This document shows, piece by piece, positions 28,784-38,601 of a stretch of DNA of 64,000 nucleotides (position 1 is its first letter; every line of letters starts with the position of its first letter). The DNA lies in NCBI GenBank assembly GCA_964384105.1, contig CAYLJV010000001.1:384001-448000 (forward strand), written 5' to 3'. The notes beneath the pieces were generated by a model, which saw only the letters and a list, made by a program, of their open reading frames with translations, did not search any database and was not told the DNA's origin. Source of the stretch: Candidatus Hadarchaeota archaeon (GTDB taxonomy: Archaea; Hadarchaeota; Hadarchaeia; Hadarchaeales; JAGGTB01). The position numbers and the translations under genes are program-made.

Positions 28784-29763
28784 GTGAAAAACTAAAGTTT
28801 GCTTTTTATTGGGCTGCGAGTTGTGGTGGTTGCGATGTAGTTGTTTTGGATATAGATGAGAAGATACTGGATATAATTGAGATAGCCGATATCGTTTTTT
28901 GGCCCTGTGCGATGGATTTCAAGTATGAAGTTGTTGAAGGGATGGAGAAAGATGAAATTGATGTTTGCTTCTTTAATGGTGCAATAAGAGACTCTGAAAA
29001 CGAAAAAATCGCGAAGCTGCTTAGAGAAAAATCAAAAATATTGATAGCTATGGGGTCCTGTTCTTCTTTGGGTGGGATTCCAGGATTGGGAAATGACACG
29101 AGTAAAGAAGAAATCCTTGAGAAATCCTATATATCTACTTTATCGACAGAAAATCCGAGAGAACTCATTCCCGAGGCTAAGACTTCAGTTCGGGAAGGTG
29201 AGTTGACTATCCCTGAGTTAGAAGATAATGTTAGGGCTTTGGGTCAAGTTGTTGAGGTGGATTATTATCTTCCGGGTTGTCCTACTAATCCGGATCTGAT
29301 AGTAAAAGCTGTAGAAGCAATAAAAAAAGACCAGTTACCGCCTAAGGGAACAAATTTAGCGATTTTATCGGATAAAAAGACTGTATGCGATGAATGTGAT
29401 AGAGAGCTTTCTGAGGAAAAGAGTGTGAAAGAGTTTAAGAGGATACATTTTGCTGAGGATAATGGTGTAGATTGTTTGCTTGAGCAGGGTATTGTATGTA
29501 TGGGGCCGGCAACTCAAGCAGGTTGTGGGGCAAGGTGTATTAAGGCAAACTTTCCTTGTAGAGGTTGCTTTGGCCCACCGGTTGGGGTAATTGATCAAGG
29601 AGCAAAAATGGTTAGTTTACTTGGTTCACTTATTGATTCTAAAGACGAAAAGGAAGTAGAGAGTATTATTGAAGGCATAACTGATCCTTTAGGAACATTC
29701 TATTCGTATTCATTGCCAAAGTCTTTGCTTAAAAGGAGGAAGATAGATGAGAATAGAGATTAA
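28780..29763 (+). CDS. mvhG: F420-non-reducing [NiFe]-hydrogenase small subunit
   Basis: AASCGGC, GSC...GG, LPGCP, CMGPATQAGC..RC....PCRGC. Confidence 0.93.
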   Translation: MSEKLKFAFYWAASCGGCDVVVLDIDEKILDIIEIADIVFWPCAMDFKYEVVEGMEKDEIDVCFFNGAIRDSENEKIAKLLREKSKILIAMGSCSSLGGIPGLGNDTSKEEILEKSYISTLSTENPRELIPEAKTSVREGELTIPELEDNVRALGQVVEVDYYLPGCPTNPDLIVKAVEAIKKDQLPPKGTNLAILSDKKTVCDECDRELSEEKSVKEFKRIHFAEDNGVDCLLEQGIVCMGPATQAGCGARCIKANFPCRGCFGPPVGVIDQGAKMVSLLGSLIDSKDEKEVESIIEGITDPLGTFYSYSLPKSLLKRRKIDENRD

Positions 29764-31225
29764 TCCAGTGACTAGACTGGAAGGCCATGCAAAAATATCC
29801 GTTTTTCTAGATAGTGAGGGAAAAGTTGAAAATGCGTATTTTCAGGCTCCTGAGTTACGTGGGTTTGAAAGGTTTTGTATTGGTAGAAATGCAGAAGAGA
29901 TGCCGAGGATAACTACTTCCATCTGTGGGGTTTGTCCAGTGGCTCATCATATGGCTGCAGCCAAAGCCTTAGATAATCTTTATAATGTTGAACCAACTCC
30001 GACTGCAGAGAAGTTAAGGCGGCTTATGTACAATTCGTATATTTTTAGTGATCATATATTGCATTTCTATTATTTGGGGGGGCCGGATTTCATTCTGGGT
30101 CCAGAATCAGATCCATCTGATAGGAACATAGTAGGTGTTATAAAAAAAGTTGGTTTTGATGCTGGCAAAGAGGTTATAAAACACAGGTCATATGGTCAAA
30201 AAATAATCAAAACTCTGGCTGGTGATTCGATACAGCCGGTTAGTTGCACTGCCGGTGGGGTGACAAAAGGTTTGAGTGAGGATGAAAGAAAGGATATCGA
30301 AGAAAAAGCGAAATCCTGCTTGGAATTTGCTAAATTCACTCTTGAATCTTTCGATGATATAGTGCTTAAAAACGAGAAATATACTGAGCTTATCCGTTCA
30401 GATCCTTACAAGCTTGATACTAATTATATGGGATTGGTTGATGAGAATGATAAAGTCGATTTTTATGATGGGGATGTAAGAACGGTTGATACAGATGGAG
30501 ATGAAATAATACGATTTGGAGGGAGTGATTATTTGGATCATATTTCCGAAAAGGTTCATGATACGTGGACTTATTTGAAGTTCCCATATCTTAAGGAAAA
30601 AGGTTGGAAGGGTATAGAAAGTGGAAAGGACAGCGGTATTTATAGGGTGGGACCTTTAGCTAGATTAAATACTGCTGAGGGAATGTCTACACCATTAGCT
30701 CAAGAGCAATATGATCGAATGTACGAGATTCTGGGTGGTAAACCAGTTCACGCTACTTTGGCTTATCACTGGGCGAGGTTAATAGAAGTATTATATGCGG
30801 CAGAAAAAATGGTTGAACTCTCGAATGACGACAGTATAACTAGTAAAGATATTAGGAATATACCTGATCAAAAACCAAGTGAAGGTGTGGGCGTGACCGA
30901 AGCTGCTCGTGGTACACTATTTCATCATTACCGGACCGATGATAGAGGAGTTTTAACGGATGTAAACTTGATTGTAGCTACTACTCATAATAATGGAGGT
31001 ATTTGTATGGCGGTAGAAAAGGCGGTTAGGGGAGTGATTACTGGCGGCGAGGTCAGTCAAGGAGATTTAAATAAGATAGAGATGGCTTTTAGAGCTCATG
31101 ATCCTTGTATTGCTTGCGCAACTCATTCGTTACCAGGAAATATGCCGTTGGAGATGGTTGTATATAATTCAGAAGGAAGGGAAATTTCTAAAGTCGGTAG
31201 AAATGTGAAATTGAATAGAAACTAG
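29747..31225 (+). CDS. mvhA: Group 3c [NiFe]-hydrogenase large subunit
   Basis: PVTRLEGH, ICGVCPVAH (L1), DPCIACATH (L2) followed by a cleavable C-terminal tail. Confidence 0.95.
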   Translation: MRIEINPVTRLEGHAKISVFLDSEGKVENAYFQAPELRGFERFCIGRNAEEMPRITTSICGVCPVAHHMAAAKALDNLYNVEPTPTAEKLRRLMYNSYIFSDHILHFYYLGGPDFILGPESDPSDRNIVGVIKKVGFDAGKEVIKHRSYGQKIIKTLAGDSIQPVSCTAGGVTKGLSEDERKDIEEKAKSCLEFAKFTLESFDDIVLKNEKYTELIRSDPYKLDTNYMGLVDENDKVDFYDGDVRTVDTDGDEIIRFGGSDYLDHISEKVHDTWTYLKFPYLKEKGWKGIESGKDSGIYRVGPLARLNTAEGMSTPLAQEQYDRMYEILGGKPVHATLAYHWARLIEVLYAAEKMVELSNDDSITSKDIRNIPDQKPSEGVGVTEAARGTLFHHYRTDDRGVLTDVNLIVATTHNNGGICMAVEKAVRGVITGGEVSQGDLNKIEMAFRAHDPCIACATHSLPGNMPLEMVVYNSEGREISKVGRNVKLNRN

Positions 31226-31235
31226 TTATTAAAAA

Positions 31236-31715
31236 ATGAAAACTTTAATTCTGGGAATCGGTAATGAAATAAAATCCGACGATGCAGTCGGTTTAATTAT
31301 AGCCCGCTATATTTCAAATAAGCTAAAGAAAAAGAATGTGAAGATAAAAGAAGTTTCAGCGGGTGGTTTGCCCCTTTTGAATGAGATTTTGGGTTATGAA
31401 CGAGTTTATATAGTTGATTCAGTGGTGACGAAAGATGGAAATATTGGGGATTGGTATTCCTTTCCTATTGAGGATCTTGAGGTGAAGGAAGGAGGATTTG
31501 TGTCTCATACTGTTAGTTTGAGTAAAATGATAGAGATTGGTAAGAAACTAGATGTCCCAGTTCCAAAAATCATATTATATGTTGTTGAAGTTAAAGACCC
31601 CTTTAAGTTTGGTGAAGGATTAACTCCGGAAATGTTATTGGTATTGCCTAGATTAGAAAGAGAGATAATGCAGTCTATTAACAAAGAAATAGTAAATCAG
31701 AACAGATATCAATAG
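31236..31715 (+). CDS. Hydrogenase maturation protease
   Basis: ILGIGNEIKSDDAVG, IVDSV, SH; directly after mvhA. Confidence 0.9.
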   Translation: MKTLILGIGNEIKSDDAVGLIIARYISNKLKKKNVKIKEVSAGGLPLLNEILGYERVYIVDSVVTKDGNIGDWYSFPIEDLEVKEGGFVSHTVSLSKMIEIGKKLDVPVPKIILYVVEVKDPFKFGEGLTPEMLLVLPRLEREIMQSINKEIVNQNRYQ

Positions 31716-31807
31716 ATTTATCTTTCCAAATTTTTGTTTATAATAATTTATGTGGATCGGCTGAGTGGTGTATTTTTTTAATTATTTTTGAAAAAACTTA
31801 TCCTAAA

Positions 31808-31827
31808 CGCAATGTTTATATATGAGT
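31808..31827 (+). promoter_or_regulatory. BRE/TATA promoter of the second AOR gene
   Basis: CGCAATGTTTATATATGAGT. Confidence 0.75.
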
Positions 31828-31841
31828 GACCTAACAGTAAA

Positions 31842-33587
31842 TTGGCTGAGTTAATGGCTGAAGATTCTTTTAAGCTAGATAGAATACTACGAGTTGACCT
31901 ATCTAAAAGTAGCGTAGAATCAGAGGAGATGGATAACGAAGCAGTTTCCTTTATAGGGGGAAAAGGATTAGCAGCATATTACCTAAATAAGGAATTGAAA
32001 TCTGGAATAGATCCGATCTCTAAGGATAATAAATTAATCTTTGCTTGGGGCCCCCTTACAGGTCTCGCGCCAGGCTCTTCTAGATATACTGTTGCTACGA
32101 AATCCCCGCTGACTGGGGCCTTTCTAGATGCTTATTCGGGCGGATTTTTTCCAGCAAAGCTAAGATTCGCTCTTCCTGGTTATGCAGCAATAATATTTGA
32201 GGGAAAATCTGATGATTTAGTTTACCTTCATGTTGGGGATGGGGAAGCAGAATTACGAAATGCGAGTGACTATACGGGTAAGAGTATTGGAGATATTCAG
32301 AAGGAGCTCGACAGTGGTTTTGAAGTAGCGGGCATTGGTATAGCTGGTGAAAATATGGTCGAATACGCTACGATTTCCTCAGATAAGGGGGCACATCATG
32401 CTGGGAGAGGTGGCGCTGGTGCGGTTATGGGCTCAAAAAATCTGAAATTTATTGCTGTTAAAAGCAAAAAACCGAATATAACAGAAAAAATTAAGGAACT
32501 ATCATCGAAATATTCTAAAATTTTGTTGGACCATCCAGGGACTCAATGGGCCATAGATGCAGGAACTGCAACTACTTTGCGAGACGTACATAATTCTGGG
32601 ATTATGCCTACGGAAGGCTTCAAGAAAGGCAGAAATGAAAACTACGATGACTTCGGCCTTGAAAAAGTTAAGGAAGTAACTAAAGGTAGAAAGGCTTGCT
32701 ATAACTGTCCGCTGGCCTGTGGCTATTCATTAGAGATAGACGGTTTTAAAACTCTGAAGGGGCCTGAGTTTGAGTCGATAGTCATGTTAGGCTCTAATTG
32801 TGGAGTAAGCGATTTAAAGTGCATTGCTGAGCTCGATGCCCTCTGTAATGAGTATGGTATAGATACGATCCAAACTGGAAATACTATAGGTTGGTTGATG
32901 AGGTCCTCTGAAGAGGGTGTTGTAGATTATGAGGTAGAGTTTGGGGATGTGGAGAAAATAAAGAAGATGATAGTCGAAATTGCAAATAGAAGTTCAGAGA
33001 TGGGTAATATTTTAGCAGGAGACTTCAAGAGTATAGTTGATTTTTATGGGGGGGAAGAATATGCTGCAGAATGTAAAGGTATGGGATATTCGGGTTATGA
33101 TCCTAGAGGATCGGTTGGTATGGCATTAGCTTTTGCAACTAGTGACAGGGGTGCGTGCCATAAACGCTCTTGGACTGTTGGTCCTACAACTTTCTGGGGT
33201 AATTCGGAAAGGGACTTTGAGGCCCAACATGAAGTGGTAAAAGCTGATCATGACAACAACTCGCTATTGTGGAGTCTTGTTTTATGTGATTTTGTTGCTC
33301 CTGCATACATAGAGGATCTCGGTAAGGAATGGCTTGAGACAGTAGGTTACAATTTTACCATCGACCAGTTGAAGTCTAAAGGAGAGGAAATATGGGAAAT
33401 GACAAGGAAGTTTAACGTTAGAGAGGGATTCAGTAGAGTTGATGATAATTTACCGAAGATTATGACCAAACCACTTGCTGGAGATGGTCCAACATCGGGA
33501 TACAGAATTACTCAGGAAGACTTTGATAAAATGCTTGATTTATATTATACTTCGAGAGGATGGGACAAAAATGGGGAACCGGACTAG
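31842..33587 (+). CDS. aor: Tungsten aldehyde:ferredoxin oxidoreductase family protein
   Basis: KSPLTG, AGRGGAGAVMGSKNLK, CYNCPLAC, GPEFES, GIDTI, YDPRG, DRGACH. Confidence 0.93.
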   Translation: MAELMAEDSFKLDRILRVDLSKSSVESEEMDNEAVSFIGGKGLAAYYLNKELKSGIDPISKDNKLIFAWGPLTGLAPGSSRYTVATKSPLTGAFLDAYSGGFFPAKLRFALPGYAAIIFEGKSDDLVYLHVGDGEAELRNASDYTGKSIGDIQKELDSGFEVAGIGIAGENMVEYATISSDKGAHHAGRGGAGAVMGSKNLKFIAVKSKKPNITEKIKELSSKYSKILLDHPGTQWAIDAGTATTLRDVHNSGIMPTEGFKKGRNENYDDFGLEKVKEVTKGRKACYNCPLACGYSLEIDGFKTLKGPEFESIVMLGSNCGVSDLKCIAELDALCNEYGIDTIQTGNTIGWLMRSSEEGVVDYEVEFGDVEKIKKMIVEIANRSSEMGNILAGDFKSIVDFYGGEEYAAECKGMGYSGYDPRGSVGMALAFATSDRGACHKRSWTVGPTTFWGNSERDFEAQHEVVKADHDNNSLLWSLVLCDFVAPAYIEDLGKEWLETVGYNFTIDQLKSKGEEIWEMTRKFNVREGFSRVDDNLPKIMTKPLAGDGPTSGYRITQEDFDKMLDLYYTSRGWDKNGEPD

Positions 33588-33763
33588 CTGTAATGCTTCT
33601 TATCTAGCTATTGACTCATTCTTTTTTGTTTTTTGTTGCAGATAGTGATAATATATCTCTATATGCAGATCAATAACGGTATAAGCCTGCATATAACAAA
33701 AAAGTAAAAGTTTATATAACACCATACGCTACATTTAAAGGGTCCATAAAATTTAATAAGGGG

Positions 33764-34813
33764 GTGAGAATCGTGAATGAAAAAGGACTAGCAAGCTGGG
33801 CTATTGGTGTTATAATTGTCATAGTGATTGTCATAGCAGGAGTTGGTGCATGGTACGGTCTTTCTGGTGAAGAGACAACTCCGGAGAAGACCTCTCTCAA
33901 TGTGGCTGCAATTATGTGGGGCCATCATGATGAGGGTATGTGGGATACCTCATCTGCTAGAGCACTAGATGCTTTGAAAGAAAAATATGATCTAAATATT
34001 ACATATATGGAAGGTACAACTTTGGATACAGCTCCTGATGTTGCGAGCACCGCCGCAGATATGAATGATGTTGTTCTCTTTACTTCATCTGAGTATGAGG
34101 AAGCGATGAGAGAAGTAGCATCTGATTATCCGGATACAGTTTTCGTTGTGGAATACGAGGCGGGTAGAGTCGATCCAGCAGATTATCCGGCCAATAGTTG
34201 TATAATCAACTTTTATCCGGCATATAAGCTGGCATTCCTAGGTGGAGTAGCTGCAGCTAACGTGTCTGAAACCGGAAAGATCGGGATAATTAATGCTATA
34301 CCCGGTAAAAGAGATATAACATTATTCGCAGCCCCCTTTAGAGAAGGTGTCCATTACGTAAATCCAGATATTCAGGTTGATCGAGTGGTCATTGGTGCCT
34401 ATGCAGATCCAATGAAATCGAGAGATACGGTAAAAAGCTATGCAGAATCAGGATATGATGTCGTCTATGCAGTTATGGATACAGAAGCAGCAACGCAGGA
34501 AGCTGAAAGACAAGGGATTTACTCGATGCAAGAGTATAGTGATATTGTTTCAGAACATCCCGATACTGTTATAGGCTGTTTGGTTTGGAGATGGCAGGAG
34601 AAGTTGGATATGATATTTGAGTCAGTAGCTAATGGCGAATTTGACGATTTCAGAGACTCTAATTTCGAAATGCTACTAGCTTTAGAGGATAAGTCGTTGG
34701 ATATACCTACTTGGGGTAACATAGTTTCAGAAGATACTAAACAATATGTAGCGGAAGTTAGACAAAAAATAATTGACGGCGAAATCGAAGTACCCATAAT
34801 TGAAGAATGGTGA
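33764..34813 (+). CDS. BMP-family (PnrA-like) ABC substrate-binding protein with N-terminal membrane anchor
   Basis: N-terminal TM helix, AFLGGVAAANVSETGKIG, FREGVHYVNPD, KIIDGEIEVP; strongly acidic. Confidence 0.85.
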   Translation: MRIVNEKGLASWAIGVIIVIVIVIAGVGAWYGLSGEETTPEKTSLNVAAIMWGHHDEGMWDTSSARALDALKEKYDLNITYMEGTTLDTAPDVASTAADMNDVVLFTSSEYEEAMREVASDYPDTVFVVEYEAGRVDPADYPANSCIINFYPAYKLAFLGGVAAANVSETGKIGIINAIPGKRDITLFAAPFREGVHYVNPDIQVDRVVIGAYADPMKSRDTVKSYAESGYDVVYAVMDTEAATQEAERQGIYSMQEYSDIVSEHPDTVIGCLVWRWQEKLDMIFESVANGEFDDFRDSNFEMLLALEDKSLDIPTWGNIVSEDTKQYVAEVRQKIIDGEIEVPIIEEW

Positions 34814-35011
34814 GAGTGTTTTTTACTCCTATCCATTCTTTATTTTTATTTAATTGTTTTTTGTGGACAGAGAATTGAATTTAGCTTAATCTGTTTTTTG
34901 ATTATGTATCCATTTTAGACTTATTTATAAATAATTTGACTTGTGAAAGTTAAAATATATATATGACCGTGCAGTATCTTAAAAAGGTCCATAAAGGGTA
35001 AAAGTGATCAA

Positions 35012-36559
35012 ATGGATTCAGATAAGCCGATAGTAGAATTAAAGGGAATTACTAAAAGATTTCCTGGTGTTGTAGCAAATAATAATGTTGATTTAACATT
35101 GAGGCAAGGGGAGATTCATACTATAGTTGGTGAAAACGGGGCAGGCAAAACCACACTTATGAATATTTTATACGGACTTTATCAACCTGATGAGGGTGAA
35201 ATCTTTATTAGAGGTAAAAAAGTTTCGATAAAGTCACCTAAGGATGCTTTGAAACTTGGTATCGGAATGGTTCATCAAGACCTTAACTTGGTCTCTGAGC
35301 TTACGGTCAGAGAGAATATTATTCTAGGTAGGGAACCTACTAAGAGTAGTGTTTTTATCGATAATAAAAAAGCAGACGAAAGAATAAGGAAACTTTCAGA
35401 AGAGTACAAAATGGAAGTCGATCCTAGCGAAAAAGTTGGAAATCTTTCAGTTGGGGAAAGGCAGAGAGTTTCTATACTTAGGGCCTTATTTGAGGATGTG
35501 AATGTTATTCTGATGGATGAACCGACTTCGATTTTAGCGCCTGAAGAAAAGGATAAGTTAATAGAAAAGATGATTGAGATGAGCAAAAAAGGGATTGCTA
35601 CAATTCCTTTTGTGACCCATAAGCTCCCCGAAGTTATGAAATGCTGCGATAAGATCACTGTTATGAGAGATGGAAGAGTGGTTGACTGTCTACGAAAAGA
35701 AGACGCAAATGAAAGAAAAATTGCGAAAAGAATGGTGGGTAGAGATGTGATTTTTGATTTAAGTAAATCTGAACCCTCTCCGAGCGGAAGTGTGTTGGAG
35801 ATAAAGGATTTGTATGTGGAAGGTGAAAGGATGTCATCAACTCTTGAAAATATTTCCTTTTCGATAAATGGTGGGGAGATATTGGGGATTGCTGGTGTTG
35901 GAGGTAATGGTCAAAGGGAATTAGTAGAGTCAATAATGGGTTTACGCGGAGTAGAAAAAGGTAGTATCCTATTTCAAAACACAGAAATTACTAACAAATC
36001 TACTGGATGGATTCGATCTCTCGGCATATCATATGTTGCGGCTGATATGGGCGATAGTATAGCTCCAGAACTTTCAATTGAAGAAAATCTTATACTGTCA
36101 AACGAGATAGAATCAACTCTTATCAAGTCCACAAAGTTTTTTCCTTTTAAAAAACAGTGGCTCCTGGATAAAGATAGAATTAGTGATTATTCCAGAGAAA
36201 TGATTGAGGAATTTGAAATAAAGACTCCAAGCTCGGAAACAAAGGTTGGAAAGCTTTCTGGAGGAAATATACAACGTGTTATTCTCGCTCGTGAAATTAG
36301 CAAAAAACCTTCACTTCTTATTGTTGATAAGCCTACTAAGGGCTTGGACGTTGGATCACAAGAGTTTATACGAAGAAGGTTGATAAAAGAGAGAGACGAA
36401 GGTAAAGCTATTTTACTTGTTTCGGAAGACTTAGATGAAGTTATGATGGTTAGCGATAAGATAGGGGTTATGTATGATGGGGAAATAAGTGAAATTTATT
36501 CAGCAGACAAAATAGATAAAGAAACTATTGGAGCCCTTATGTCGGGTGTAAAAGTATAA
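35012..36559 (+). CDS. ABC transporter ATP-binding protein, two-NBD CUT2 type
   Basis: GENGAGKT, LSVGERQR, MDEPT, LSGGNIQR, PTKGLDVG. Confidence 0.95.
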   Translation: MDSDKPIVELKGITKRFPGVVANNNVDLTLRQGEIHTIVGENGAGKTTLMNILYGLYQPDEGEIFIRGKKVSIKSPKDALKLGIGMVHQDLNLVSELTVRENIILGREPTKSSVFIDNKKADERIRKLSEEYKMEVDPSEKVGNLSVGERQRVSILRALFEDVNVILMDEPTSILAPEEKDKLIEKMIEMSKKGIATIPFVTHKLPEVMKCCDKITVMRDGRVVDCLRKEDANERKIAKRMVGRDVIFDLSKSEPSPSGSVLEIKDLYVEGERMSSTLENISFSINGGEILGIAGVGGNGQRELVESIMGLRGVEKGSILFQNTEITNKSTGWIRSLGISYVAADMGDSIAPELSIEENLILSNEIESTLIKSTKFFPFKKQWLLDKDRISDYSREMIEEFEIKTPSSETKVGKLSGGNIQRVILAREISKKPSLLIVDKPTKGLDVGSQEFIRRRLIKERDEGKAILLVSEDLDEVMMVSDKIGVMYDGEISEIYSADKIDKETIGALMSGVKV

Positions 36560-36587
36560 TAATTAATAATTTTTAATTTGAGTTCTA

Positions 36588-37628
36588 ATGACCGAAATAG
36601 AATTATTTGGCTGTTCCTTAGATCCAGATGAAAGAGAGCAAAGCATCAGAAGGAAAGTTGCGTATATTCAGTCTGGTATAAATAGAGGTTTTGATCCATA
36701 TGACCAGATCCTTAAACTCAAAGATATTCTAAAAAAGGATAATTTAAAAAATGAGGGTAAGGTTGATGTCGAGACTTGGTTAACTCCTTTTCCCCGTAGT
36801 TCTGATTTGCCTTTCATGACTTTGCAAAATTTTATAGCTTTCGTAGATAGTGGTGGGTGCTTAGATTACTCAACTAATGTTTATAAATATGTAAAAAATA
36901 AAATTTTGCCGAATATCCCTCTTTTAATCGGCGTTGATCATTCACTTACTGGGGGTGTTTTAAAATCCATATCAGAGGAATATGGTAGAGAGGACCTGTT
37001 AGTGATTTTTGTTGATTCCCATTATGATGGGATTTCGATGAAAAGGAGACTTGATCTAATAGAGTATGAAATTGAAAAAAGTAATAATTCAGTATATAGC
37101 AAAAAAGATCCGTACCTATATGATCGACCTGATAGCTATAATGCAGAGTCTTTCATAAAATTTCTAGTTAAGGACAGGATAATTTTACCTGAGAATACTG
37201 TATGTTTGGGCGTTTCTGATTATCCGTCTGAAAAGACAGCGAGTATTGAGGATAATAGAGTCAAAGATTATGTTAACGAGTTTAAAAACATGGAGTCTAA
37301 AGGATTGGAGATAATAACAAAAAATAAAATTAGAAGTGAACCGACTTCCTTGGAAAAAGTTTTACGTAGAAAGGATATCGAAAATGTTTACGTTTCTATA
37401 GATTTGGACATTGGTGCTAATGCTACCACCATGGGGGTTAGATTTTTGGATGGTTATATAGGCATGAAAATAAAAGAGATTAAAATTATTATGAAAAAAA
37501 TAGCGGATTATATAAGCAATGATAAAAATTTAATTGGGTTTGATCTTATGGAATTTGATATGCATAAAGCTGATGAAAGCACGTTTTCGCTAGCTTTGAC
37601 GGTAATTAGCCAACTTTTGAAGACTTAA
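36588..37628 (+). CDS. Arginase/ureohydrolase-family protein (divergent)
   Basis: GVDHS, VDSHYD, SIDLD metal-ligand motifs. Confidence 0.75.
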   Translation: MTEIELFGCSLDPDEREQSIRRKVAYIQSGINRGFDPYDQILKLKDILKKDNLKNEGKVDVETWLTPFPRSSDLPFMTLQNFIAFVDSGGCLDYSTNVYKYVKNKILPNIPLLIGVDHSLTGGVLKSISEEYGREDLLVIFVDSHYDGISMKRRLDLIEYEIEKSNNSVYSKKDPYLYDRPDSYNAESFIKFLVKDRIILPENTVCLGVSDYPSEKTASIEDNRVKDYVNEFKNMESKGLEIITKNKIRSEPTSLEKVLRRKDIENVYVSIDLDIGANATTMGVRFLDGYIGMKIKEIKIIMKKIADYISNDKNLIGFDLMEFDMHKADESTFSLALTVISQLLKT

Positions 37629-37655
37629 GGATTTTTAAAAATTAAAAAAATAGGG

Positions 37656-37673
37656 AGGAGAGAACACTCTCCT
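37656..37673. terminator. Hairpin with T-tracts on both strands between convergent genes
   Basis: AGGAGAG-AACA-CTCTCCT stem-loop flanked by an A-run upstream and T-runs downstream. Confidence 0.55.
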
Positions 37674-37700
37674 TTGATTTAATTTTTTCCGAATTATTTT

Positions 37701-38489
37701 TTATATTCCCCTGAATGCAACCACTCTACATAGTGAAGATTCTCCACCGACGAATCTTATTGGAAAACATCCAATCTTTAGTCTTTCGTTGGAAACTTTG
37801 TCTATGTCTCCAGCTAGATTTTCGACGTGTATGAGCTCTTGCTTTTTGAAAGGTTCGTTGTGCATCATATGATCCATTTCTGGCGGAAAAACTTCTTTTA
37901 CAGGTTTACCATGCTTTTGCTCGAATTCTTTTGCCAATCCCGGGTGTAATTTGGATATCAGTGTGTTCATCGGATGGTCTGCGGACCCACAGTCTACTCC
38001 AATCCATTTTAATTCCATGTCCATAGCCCATTCTTTAAATTCCTCATGTGGTCCTGGATGCTTACAGAAATAAGCTATTTCATCGGCCGTTTTAGAATCC
38101 CAGCTATATTTATGGAACCCTGTGTTGATAATAAGGATGTCGCCTTTTTTAACTTCTACTTTTTCTGTGATGTGTTCAGGTGTGTATATGTCGTATTCTC
38201 CGACTGAATCGCTTATATTCGCAACTGCCCCATCTCCGAAAAGCTTTCCGTTTAGAGGTAGGCTTGCGATATCTCTACCGCTTGAATCAAAGTGCATTGG
38301 TCCGTCAATATGGGTACCTACATGATTTTCTGTTTCTATTTTTTGTTGATTGAAACCATCTGTTGCTAGTGTATTAACGCGCTTTACTACTGGAGCTTCG
38401 CCGGTCGGCCAAGGTGGTGTACTGGATGACCAGGGTTGGGTCAAGTCTATTAATTCTACTCCCATTTTTATCCCAAATTCTCTCCGCAC
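37701..38489 (-). CDS. Cyclase family (kynurenine formamidase-like) metal hydrolase
   Basis: IDLTQP, HVGTHIDGPMHF, ILIINTG, HVENL; likely start at ATG 38465. Confidence 0.9.
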   Translation of the reverse strand: MRREFGIKMGVELIDLTQPWSSSTPPWPTGEAPVVKRVNTLATDGFNQQKIETENHVGTHIDGPMHFDSSGRDIASLPLNGKLFGDGAVANISDSVGEYDIYTPEHITEKVEVKKGDILIINTGFHKYSWDSKTADEIAYFCKHPGPHEEFKEWAMDMELKWIGVDCGSADHPMNTLISKLHPGLAKEFEQKHGKPVKEVFPPEMDHMMHNEPFKKQELIHVENLAGDIDKVSNERLKIGCFPIRFVGGESSLCRVVAFRGI

Positions 38490-38601
38490 ACTCGTATATA
38501 AACTTTTCTTTCCCTCGAAATGATTCTAAAGAATTGTTGTGATCTGGTCTTTTGCATAATATTAGTAAATTTTTTATACCTCTCACTCATATTTTTCCCC
38601 A

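Noticed and set aside
26385-31225. Selenocysteine recoding in hdrA/mvh genes
   Set aside because: All relevant positions are Cys codons and the ORFs are uninterrupted.
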